Notes: generated by a model not told the origin, from the letters alone. A stretch of 64,000 bases of DNA from Catajapyx aquilonaris (GCA_000934665.2 KZ538001.1:124001-188000); one strand, 5' to 3'; shown: positions 44,962 through 53,819, counted from the stretch's first letter. Translations and numbers: made by a program.

Positions 44962-47900
44962 GATAGAATCACGATGGTTATTTTATCGTTGATAGGGAAT
45001 AATTGATCTACTGGCGCAACTCTCGTGCCCATCTGCAGATCCCCAAATGGTGTGCAGGCCTGCTCGTGATGTAAAAGCTGGATTTGTTGAATGGGTTGCC
45101 ATTATGAAGGAGCTCACCAATCATAGGATTTTACCAGAACAGTTTTGCAGCTCAGTGGTGGAAAAACCCATCCACAAACCCATCTTTCTTCAGTCGTCTG
45201 GCTCTGTGTTCACCTGTAATGTTAATCACTTCTTTCACTCCAAATCCAACCGCAATACCAAGTCGATATTGTTCAGATGTTAAGTTGGGAATTAAATCTG
45301 AGCAGGTCGCCTATGGTAGGCTACTGTTAAGCCTATTGAGAGAGTGCAATAAGTAGCCTACACGTAGTAAATAGAAAAATACTGTGCTCCCACTGTGCCA
45401 AGTAATTCCCGGAGATTAGGTTCTATTCCATGAAAGTGCAGCAAAAATTCTTTTCCTTGCAGTACCACCTTCATCAATAGAGATTATGGATCATGCTCGG
45501 GGATCACAGATAAGCATCAAAGAATCTGAGCAACTAGAACTTCAGTGTCGTGCAAGAAACGCCAAGCCACCAGCCACCATCATGTGGTACCGCAACAATG
45601 TGGAACTCAAACTAGGTGAGTATTACCATTCTCAAGGAACACTAACAGTTTTCTAACATACTGTGCGTGCTCCTTGCAGACACACGAGAAGACCGAACTA
45701 CAGAACACGAGGGTATGGAGGACGGGAAACGAGTGACCAAGTATGACTCTCACAGCAAAATCACTTTCCAACCCACTGCCAGTGATGATGGGTCACTCTA
45801 TGCATGTGAAGCACGCCATCCTGCACTGTCTATCCCTGACAGAGTTGCCATCCAGCTCAGTGTAAAACGTGAGTAACACTCTATGTGACAATAATTACTA
45901 TGTACAGAATGGTGGGATTTATTTTCTGTTTCTCTACAGATCCCCCAGGTCCACCTCACATTGAAGGTTACACAGAAGATGAAGTAGTACGAGTGGGGCT
46001 TCCCATCTCCCTAGTATGCATTTCTCGAGGAGGTAACCCATTGGCAGAACTGGTGTGGTTCAAAAACGATGTCAAAATCGACTCCTCCTACACCACTTCT
46101 ATTCGGGAATCTCGCAATGACTACACGTTCACAGTGGATACCAGTGACAACAATGCACGCTACCGATGTGAAGCTTCCAACCCCATGAGTCGTGCACCAA
46201 TGAAAGCTGAAGTGAAACTGACTGTACAATGTAAGTAACTATGCCTGAATAAGAACTTGCACTTTTCAAAGGGTATGATTTAAAATATACATGTCGGTTC
46301 ACAGTCGCTCCAAAAGAGATCAGAATCAGTGGCCCCACTGAAGCAAAAGTAGGAGATACAGTAGCCTTGCACTGCAACACATCCAACAGTAATCCTCCAG
46401 CAGTTATCACGTGGTTTAAGGATGGTCTTCCAGTACGCCCATACACCAATCGCACTGTTGCTGTTGCTGATGGTGGGTGGATAACGTCCTCCAACCTTAC
46501 TGTGGAGATTCAAGAAGATGACCGCAACTTGACCATCACCTGCCAGGCAGTGAACCAGTACTTGGGGGAATCCAAAGTTGCCGGGCATATGATTAAAATA
46601 ATTCGTAAGTAACTCCAAATTATATTCTTACAAGAACAGGTGCATAGTTAGGAAAGAGTAGGCCTTACTGGCATGCGGGAAGCAGCAGGGTGAGTGGTGG
46701 CTGGGGGCAGCTTGGCTGTGTCGCAAAGGCAAGGATTGATTTTTTGGATTTTGGAAGGGGTATGGTGTACCAACCTAACCTAACCAAGCCTAACCTTCCT
46801 GCCTTGTGGATACAGAGCTATCTTCAGCCATACACACCTATCTTCAGCAGATACATGCCTATCCTTGATCCTTGCCTTTGCGACACAGCCCGCTGCCCCC
46901 ACAACTACTACCCTCCCGCATGCCAGTAAGGCCAACTCTATCCCATAGTTATTGCCAGCATATACATGAAATCCACTAAGTCCAAAAAATCAGTTTTCTG
47001 ATAGTCAAAGATTTGACCTTGTACTTGTTTACATGCTAGTGAAGGCAGAAAATCCCGGTGTTGCTGGCTAATTATTAATCTTAGGACTAAAATCCAAATG
47101 GACTTCACCAGATGACAGAGCTTTAAAAATGCTACCTAGTGATGTAAATAACTCAAAACCACCGAAATTGGCCTTTTTGGATTTCACTTGCTTGCTTAAT
47201 ATGATTATATATCATACTCTCCACCCCACCGGGTATTCCATAATGCAACTTGCTCACAGCACCTTCCCCCTTGCTATGTCATCTGGTCACTTACTCACTT
47301 GAGGTGGCTGAGGCCAATGCATAACAGATTTCCATCTTTCCTAAGATACCTCCTCTTAGGATTTTCAAAGGAAAACCTCTCCCAGACTCAAACCACAATA
47401 GTGCACATCAGGCCTGGATGATGTGCTTTTGTCTGCAACAAAAATTAGCACCAAACACACTGGCATAAACTCTCATTGGTTTCTGGTACTTGAATTTCTG
47501 GTATGAAATGACAGAATCAAATTCAGTGTGAATAAATTAGATTACACAGAAATGGCAGTCAATCATACATAGTTGAGTTATACAGGGTGTAAGTCAGGGC
47601 TATTCAACTGGCGGACTGCGACGCTATACAGGACTGTTTGAAATAGCATGAAAAATTACAAATTCATGATTTTTTTGGAAAAAGTGCTACCAATTTCATC
47701 AAATACCCATTCAAATCGCCCACATTCAGCTAAGCTCGTGTGACCTTGAACCCCCCCCCCCCCCCCCCANNNNNNNNNNNNNNNNNNNNNNNNNNNNNNN
47801 NNNNNNNNNNNNNNNNNNNNNNNNNNNNNNNNNNNNNNNNNNNNNNNNNNNNNNNNNNNNNNNNNNNNNNNNNNNNNNNNNNNNNNNNNNNNNNNNNNNN

Positions 47901-50900
47901 NNNNNNNNNNNNNNNNNNNNNNNNNNNNNNNNNNNNNNNNNNNNNNNNNNNNNNNNNNNNNNNNNNNGGGGGGGGTCTGGACCTTCAATGGCCCAGGAAA
48001 GGGAAATACTGGACCTTGTCATAAACTAGTTGAATAGCCCTGGTGTAAGTTATATGAATTCATCTGCAGGAAAAAAAGTAGGCACCAATTTATTGATGTG
48101 TGCAGGAGGAAACTGGTTTTGAGGGATCCAGTTGAATGCTTCTTGCGATTAGTACAGTATGTATACTATTGGGTTCAAATACTTTTGGCCACTTTATCAT
48201 GGTCTTGACGCAACCCTTCGCACAGACTCCACATTAAGGAGGTGTGTGTGTGTGTGAAGGGTTGCTTCAAGACCAGGATAAAGTGGCCAAATGTATTTGA
48301 ACCTGATAGTGCATATCATAAGTAGGTGATACCATAACTACTTACAGAACCTCCTGGTCCACCCATGGTATATGGTTTTGGATCCAACCTGGTTGCTGGT
48401 CGCTTGCAGCGCATCACATGCATTGCTGCTGGTGGCAATCCAGTTGCCAGCCTTGCATGGTTCAAAGGCAACAAAAAGGTAATTGTAGATATTATTGATT
48501 AATTGCAACAATTGGATTAACAATTTTTGTACCCACAGCTCAACTCTGTCTACAGTACAAATGGCAACTTGGCTTCATCAGAATTAGCTATTGTTGCCAA
48601 TATGTCAGACAATGGAGCTGAATATCGATGTGAAGCAACCAACAAGGCAACAAAGTCACCACTCACCAAAACTGTCACTCTAAGCGTGCTATGTAAGTCC
48701 CATGAAGGGTGCATAAAATATATTCCTGCATATTACAAGTTGTTCTGACATTTTGTGATGTTTTTCATTTTTTAGTCCCTCCGGCAATGGTAAAGATTCG
48801 CAAACGCCCTCGCAAGTTGAAAGAAGGAGAGAAGGCATGGCTAATATGTGAATCAAGTTCAAGCAATCCAGCAGCACGCTTGACCTGGTGGCATGATGGA
48901 CTACCACTTCAGGGTCACAACAATGGCTCTCGGGATGGTGTGTATGGAGGCCAACAAACTGTAAACACACTTGAATTGGATGTGACAGCAGAGTTGGATG
49001 GTGCTGTATACACCTGCCAAGCTACCAATGAAGCCCTGCGGCAGAGTGTACATGATGCAATTGCTCTGGAAGTTCTCTGTAAGTATATGTGTAAGCATGC
49101 CATTCCATAATACAGTATTTGAATTTGCACCTCTTCCTGTAGTTAAGCCGCAGTTCTTGGAGGCACCTTCAGCAAAGAGAGACATAACTGAAGGAGAGTC
49201 AGCAGTCATCAACCTGGAAGCACGTGCAAATCCATCTGAAATATCTTACACGTGGACTCAGGATGGGACACCCATTCCCAGTAGTGCAGAAGCTGGGTCA
49301 GACCGGCATATAATTGCTTCTGGTCCACTTCTGAATGTGACAAGCGTGCGCAGAGAAGACGCTGGCACCTACATATGTGAAGCTGTCAATGCAGAGGGTT
49401 CATCCGTTACTACTGTTCAGCTCAATGTGCAGTGTAAGTTCGAGTACTCTTAAAATAAGGTTATTGCATGACTGTTGTGCAATGATAATATGTTACAGAT
49501 CCACCACGTATAACATCATTGGAGCGCTGGGTTGTGGTTGGTGTAGGCGAAGATGTCCACATAGAATGTCAAATGGATGCTAACCCTCTGGAGGAAGGGA
49601 TGGTGCGATGGGAGCGTGAAGGCTTTGACATAGCAGCCCGCACACGCCGATCCTATAAGCATCAAAGAGCATATCTGACAGTAGCAGAAGTGCAGCATGA
49701 GGACACTGGCCCTTTTGATTGCATCATTAATAATGGAATTGGTGAAGAAGCTCGAGGCACTGTGGTACTCATCGTAAAACGTAAGTCATCAAGTCTGTAT
49801 GTGAAATCCAACGTAATTCTATTGTATTGGTATTCACAGAGAAACCTCAAATTGATACCTCACCTCAAATGGCCAAGGCAGCCAGCGACCAGGGAGAAAC
49901 AGCTCGTTTGTCATGTCGAGCAAAAGGTTCACCCAACATCACTTTTGCCTGGTCGAGGGAAGGTGCTACCATTGGAACCCAGATGACTGAGAAGTATGAA
50001 GTTCAAGTGCAACAGGTATATACACATTTCAGCAACATTTTTATACCCTGCTTGTACTTGGATTGCATGGCATTTTATGATCACAATCACAACAAAATCA
50101 TATACAATTACAGGTGGACTTTATAACTTGGGAATCAACACTGTTGGTCAAAACAGTTCGCTCAGTGGATTACGGTTACTATGAGTGTGTGGCTCATAAT
50201 GAAATGGGCTTTGGTACATCTCGTGTTCTTCTGAATGTGACATCACGTCCAGACCCTCCATTCTTTGTCAAAGTACTAAATGTGAGCCATGATGCTGTGA
50301 GATTGTCTTGGACCCCTGGTTTTGATGGTGGCTTGCAGCAGTCCTTCAGAGTGCGCTTCCGTGAAGAAGGAGCAAGTGGCTACCGATATGCAGATGTGCA
50401 ACCACCAAATGCCACCAGTTATGTTGTTGGGGGACTTAGTCCAGCAACACAGTACTCATTCCATGTTATGGCTCTGAATGGAATAGGGGAGGGCAACTAC
50501 ACCAGAGAAATAGTGAAAGCAACCACCTCCAGTGAGTATTCTCAATAAACTTGCATGGCTGCTTAATATAATTCTTCTTTTGATGCATGATTATAATAGC
50601 AGAAACCAACTTATTGCTTCTCATGGGATAAGGTGACACACTAACTGCATGGGTAACGGTTGACATTTCTTCTTAGGTGAGGCCCCTCCTACAGCTACCT
50701 CCACTTCTGATGTAGACTATCAGCCTGGCCAGATACCCAAGCTCCTAATCATAACTATCACCATAGTGGGGACTGCCCTTCTTGTGCTCAATGTAGTCTT
50801 GATTGCCTTCTTCGTGCGCAAGCGCTCCAAGAAACGCATGACAGGTGAGTGGACAAACATTTATGTTGTTTTTTTTGCCCTCCTGGACGTGTAGGTGAGG

Positions 50901-52412
50901 TACCTCTGGGTGACCGAGAGAGGCGGATGTCAGAAGCAATGGGGAACAAGGGGGAGATTCCCAGAATTGTCATAATTTCGGTCTCAGTTGTGGGCTCCTT
51001 CTTGTTAATCCTGAATGTGATCCTAGTCTGCTGCTTCATCCGACGGAAGAAGAGGAAGGCTGAGGGTAGGACAGAATGACCATTGTATCCCTAGTTTTAA
51101 GTGTTTGGGGTAGTAATGCACCTTGTTTAGGAGGGAATCATCAATAACCAGATATCATTTTTGCAGCGGCAAGTGACCAGGGTAGCAGCAAATCAGCCAC
51201 CATGGAAATGTATGCCCCAAGCAGCTACAATGAGACGGTGACAGGCGAAACACTCAGCTCTATTTCTGAGAAGAGTGAAAGCTACTCCAACAATGGCAGC
51301 AATGAGGATTACATAGTCAGTAATGTTGAAGTCTCTTTGTACATGCAATGTTGGATCCTTGCTGTTTTTTTTTGAAGTGACAAATGATTCAGTCATGTGA
51401 ATGGCAGAAAGGCGGTCCCATGGTGTAACGGTAGCACTCTGGGCTTCCTAGTCCAGCAGTCCGAGTTCGAGTCTCGGTGGGGTTTGCCATCCATGTGTGA
51501 TAGATTGGTGTTTCCTATGTAGCCTAACAGAGAAAATGGGGTGAGGGAGGCAGCAGGTATTACAACATCTGGAAATGTCCTGCATGCTTTTGAAGAAATT
51601 AAAAAGCATGTAATTATTTGTTTCAGTTGCTACTCTGAAATTGAAAGTGTACTCCCATTACAGGATGATGGAACAAAGCCAGCTGCAGCCAGCACTTACC
51701 TGATTGACCAGATGGAACCTCCAGTGCAATACCCATACCATCCGACAGATCCTTCATCATCACGTCAAAATACTCTCACCAGACACAAGGCCAACAACAT
51801 GAATGTGGAGGATGACAGCTATGCTGATGCCCTCCGACGAAATGCCTACAACCAAACTTTGGGTAATGTTTTTGCAATACTGTGGCAAAACTAGTTGGAG
51901 CAACAAATATCAATCATATCACTTTCAATATGGGGTAAAATTGTTCATATTTGGGTTATGATAATATTTCAATGTATTTCTTTCTAGGAGAAAAAGTGAC
52001 ATATGGCAAGAGCACCACACCCAGACCGTCCAGTCGTGCTGCTGCCAGTCCTGATACCTACTACAACATTGCTCCAGACTCCCGTTATGTGCCGTACCCA
52101 CCTCCTGGATTTGGTCCTCCTGTGGGCAATGGCTCCATCCACCACCACCATCACCACCAAAACATCCCACCCACCAACGGGACCCTTCCTCGCAACAGTG
52201 GCAGCAACTCAGGGGGCCAGCCCGCCCAGAATGGACCTGTTGTGGTAGTGGGCTCTCCACCTCCCAGTGTCCGGTTGGGGGGATCCAGCTCTTCTCCTGT
52301 GCGGACAGCCGTTCAGGTACCACCGCTGCTGTCCACCTTCAACCCCAACCCCACCCCCAGCCCCACTAACATGGTGGAGGCAGGCTACGAAAACGAAGGT
52401 CACCTTGTGTGA
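29511..52412 (+). CDS. sns: Nephrin-family IgSF cell-adhesion receptor (sticks-and-stones/hibris/SYG-2/NPHS1-like), multi-exon, 5'-partial
   Basis: Exons joined at GT-AG sites keep one frame: 3809 nt with TM exon A, plus 1 nt from an upstream exon. Architecture is 9 Ig + FN3 + TM. Cytoplasmic SKSATMEMYAPSSYNETVTGETLSS and C-terminal GHLV match what I recall of Sns/nephrin. sns versus hibris orthology was not tested by phylogeny. Confidence 0.93.
44905..44960. repeat. (TTA)n microsatellite
   Basis: Seen directly. Confidence 0.95.
45463..45615 (+). CDS. sns: nephrin/sns exon: Ig2 N-half (VPPSSIEI...LQCRARNAKPPATIMWYRNNVELKL)
   Basis: ttttccttgcAG acceptor, GTGAGT donor; translated by hand because it is absent from the ORF track. 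Confidence 0.93.
45680..45868 (+). CDS. sns: nephrin/sns exon: Ig2 C-half (DTREDR...DDGSLYACEARHPAL...LSVK)
   Basis: ccttgcAG acceptor, GTGAGT donor; within ORF 45667..45876. Confidence 0.93.
45940..46230 (+). CDS. sns: nephrin/sns exon: Ig3 (HPPGPPHIEGY...CISRGGNPLAELVW...DNNARYRCEASN...LTVQ)
   Basis: ctctacAG acceptor, GTAAGT donor; within ORF 45885..46238. Confidence 0.95.
46305..46604 (+). CDS. sns: nephrin/sns exon: Ig4 (FAPKEIRISGP...CNTSNSNPPAVITW...TCQAVN...IKII)
   Basis: ttcacAG acceptor, GTAAGT donor; overlaps ORF 46367..46612. Confidence 0.94.
46651..46943. mobile_element. MITE with long GG-terminated TIRs and an 8-bp TSD (Mutator-, Merlin- or hAT-like; superfamily uncertain)
   Basis: TIRs ggaaagagtaggccttactggcatgcggga / tcccgcatgccagtaaggccaactctatcc; TSD catagtta at 46643-46650 and 46944-46951; internal CCTAA repeats. 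Confidence 0.85.
47595..48042. mobile_element. hAT (Charlie-like) non-autonomous element spanning an assembly gap
   Basis: TIRs cagggctattcaact / agttgaatagccctg; 8-bp TSD gtgtaagt (central TA) at 47587-47594 and 48043-48050. Confidence 0.85.
47770..47967. other. Assembly gap (198 N)
   Basis: Run of N flanked by poly-C on the left and poly-G on the right. Confidence 0.99.
48164..48311. mobile_element. Palindromic Tc1-like MITE
   Basis: About 55-nt arms actattgggttcaaatacttttggccactttatcatggtcttgacgcaacccttc / gaagggttgcttcaagaccaggataaagtggccaaatgtatttgaacctgatagt. Confidence 0.75.
48348..48478 (+). CDS. sns: nephrin/sns exon: Ig5 N-half (QPPGPPMVYG...ITCIAAGGNPVASLAWFKGNKK)
   Basis: cttacAG acceptor, AAG|GTAATT donor; translated by hand. 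Confidence 0.93.
48539..48692 (+). CDS. sns: nephrin/sns exon: Ig5 C-half (LNSVYST...DNGAEYRCEATN...LSVL)
   Basis: cccacAG acceptor, GTAAGT donor; within ORF 48527..48748. Confidence 0.94.
48776..49078 (+). CDS. sns: nephrin/sns exon: Ig6 (FPPAMVKI...CESSSSNPAARLTWW...DGAVYTCQATN...LEVL)
   Basis: tttttAG acceptor, GTAAGT donor; within ORF 48709..49110. Confidence 0.95.
49143..49433 (+). CDS. sns: nephrin/sns exon: Ig7, the 'spacer'-type domain lacking the first canonical Cys (FKPQF...NLEARANP...DAGTYICEAVN...LNVQ)
   Basis: cttcctgtAG acceptor, GTAAGT donor; within ORF 48998..49453. Confidence 0.94.
49499..49780 (+). CDS. sns: nephrin/sns exon: Ig8 (YPPRIT...IECQMDANP...DTGPFDCIINNGIG...LIVK)
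   Basis: gttacAG acceptor, GTAAGT donor; overlaps ORF 49519..49986. Confidence 0.94.
49840..50015 (+). CDS. sns: nephrin/sns exon: Ig9 N-half (QKPQIDTSPQMAKAAS...CRAKGSPNITFAW...QVQQ)
   Basis: ttcacAG acceptor, CAG|GTATAT donor; within ORF 49827..50126. Confidence 0.93.
50114..50531 (+). CDS. sns: nephrin/sns exon: Ig9 C-half plus fibronectin type III domain (DYGYYECVAHN...WTPGFDGG...LSPATQY...ATTS)
   Basis: ttacAG acceptor, GTGAGT donor; ORF 50114..50548; FN3 hallmarks W-x-P-G-F-D-G-G and L-x-P-x-T-x-Y. Confidence 0.95.
50677..50844 (+). CDS. sns: Alternative transmembrane exon A (SEAPPTATSTSDVDYQPGQIPKLLIITITIVGTALLVLNVVLIAFFVRKRSKKRMT)
   Basis: CACTAAC branch site at 50639-50645, tttcttcttAG acceptor, CAG|GTGAGT donor; 168 nt, phase 1/1; hydrophobic helix followed by a basic stop-transfer cluster; missed by the ORF track. 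Confidence 0.9.
50895..51065 (+). CDS. sns: Alternative transmembrane exon B (SEVPLGDRERRMSEAMGNKGEIPRIVIISVSVVGSFLLILNVILVCCFIRRKKRKAE)
   Basis: T-rich tract then gtgtAG acceptor, AGG|GTAGGA donor; 171 nt, phase 1/1; clear paralogue of exon A; within ORF 50849..51079. Confidence 0.88.
51167..51315 (+). CDS. sns: nephrin/sns cytoplasmic exon 1 (AASDQGSSKSATMEMYAPSSYNETVTGETLSSISEKSESYSNNGSNEDYI)
   Basis: tttttgcAG acceptor; the GTCAGT donor was chosen because it keeps frame with the next exon. Confidence 0.88.
51414..51485 (+). pseudogene. tRNA-Gln-derived pseudogene or SINE head inside an intron
   Basis: ggtcccatggtgtaacggtagcactctgg...tccagcagtccgagttcgagtctcggtggg follows eukaryotic tRNA-Gln. 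A and B boxes are present, but the anticodon loop is 8 nt (cttcctag) and the acceptor stem has three G-T pairs. Confidence 0.75.
51664..51862 (+). CDS. sns: nephrin/sns cytoplasmic exon 2 (DDGTKPAAASTYLIDQ...SYADALRRNAYNQTL)
   Basis: ccattacAG acceptor, GTAATG donor; within ORF 51541..51894. Confidence 0.88.
51988..52412 (+). CDS. sns: nephrin/sns terminal coding exon (GEKVTYG...YYNIAP...HHHHHH...YENEGHLV*)
   Basis: tttctttctAG acceptor; within ORF 51951..52412; ends in the PDZ-type motif GHLV. Confidence 0.93.
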
Positions 52413-53813
52413 AAGCTCAAGTGCCAGCTTGTGCTTTGATCTCAACTTTGCATTGCTCCTCCTAGCTCACAAGTTTTTTGGTGTTTTCTGTTTTTTTTTT
52501 GCTTCAGTTGAGACAAATGTTCTACTAGATGGCGCTCCCTCTGTTGTTAAGCAGCCACCATTTTTGCATTTTGTTTGTGGAAGCATGTGGACATTGTGTT
52601 AAAGAGGCCAAGCCTCTGGAAAAAGTGCCTTGACTGCATAGCCAGTAGACGAGGAGAGGTCAGTCGGCGTCTGCCTCACTGCAGCTGACTGACCAAAGTG
52701 CTCTTTTGGCCCTCCCATTTTCCCACCCCTCAGACACTCCCCCCCCCCCCNGTCCCCTGCTGCCACTTCATCCCACCTACTGTTGTGTGTTGTTAACGTT
52801 GTACATACAAGTGAAAGTGCGCGAGTGAGTGCGAGCATGCTTCAGTGCTCAAGTTTTGTGTAAGGGACCAACTCATCCTCACCATATCTTTAGTTGCATT
52901 GTTTTTTTAATGCCTTGGCCATTATGTTAATTTTCCACCCTTGTTTAAAAGCTGTGATGCTCAATTCGGGGGGAGGGGGGTTGGTGAGGAAGGCTTGGGT
53001 GGGAAAGGAACTTGTGCCCCATTAATTATCAACCTCACCTACAGTATGTTGTTAGGAAAAAACTGCATTTTCTAGTCACCAACGATGGACTAACGTAGTG
53101 TTTGTTTTCATGTACCAAAGAAGGAGGGTGGTATGGAAGAGAAATCTCCCTTGCTTCTTCGTTTCCTTCCTCATGTCACAGAGTCAAAATGTTGCACGTA
53201 TAACGTGCAAGTCTTCCATGTTGTTAGGTTTGGTTTTCCTTTTTTGGTTAAGGCTTTGTGTGTAGCACCATTCTCTTTCCCAACCCTCAAACACTCGTTC
53301 CCTCAAGCAAGTGTGGCTCGAATGAGAAGCTGTGGACATTGTTATTGTTTATGAATCATTTGTACAAAATGGAAATGCTATTCATAGTTCAAGCCAAATG
53401 CACTTTCTTTGTGTGTGTGACCTAGAGAATGAAAAGTATCACACTGCAGTTTAATCAAGTGCTACCTGGAAAAGTTCATCATGAGCAAACTTGCTTACCA
53501 TGTCACCTGAAGTGGCAAGTAAGGTGTGTTATACAAGTGGCTCATTATGAACCAGGCTCCCAATTAGGGGAAAAATTTTATAATGTGCAAAGAAATAGCA
53601 CATTTCATCACAAATTATATTGACATTTGTCACTGGGGGCAGTAGCCAATACTCAATTTCACTGCAGCACTGTACCAATGAAGAAACCCTCTAGGCCAGT
53701 GTCTTTTTCCCTAGGCCTCTCCTCTCCTGACTAAAACAAGTAAACAGCAAGTATATGTTAATGTACTTAAAACATGTAAACATGAAGGTTTGTACCTAAG
53801 ACCTCAATGGAGG

Positions 53814-53819
53814 AATAAA
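53814..53819 (+). terminator. Probable polyadenylation signal of the nephrin/sns gene (3' UTR about 1.4 kb)
   Basis: First AATAAA I found after the stop, followed about 20 nt later by a GT/T-rich tract (ttgtgtttctctg). Confidence 0.6.

Noticed and set aside
29511..52412. Dscam identity, suggested by the Ig array and paired TM exons
   Set aside because: There is only one FN3 domain, no variable Ig exon arrays, and a GHLV terminus. This fits the nephrin/Sns architecture, not Dscam (10 Ig + 6 FN3).
52410..52420. Stop-codon readthrough
   Set aside because: The context is TGA-A rather than the leaky TGA-C, and the PDZ-type GHLV motif needs a free C-terminus.
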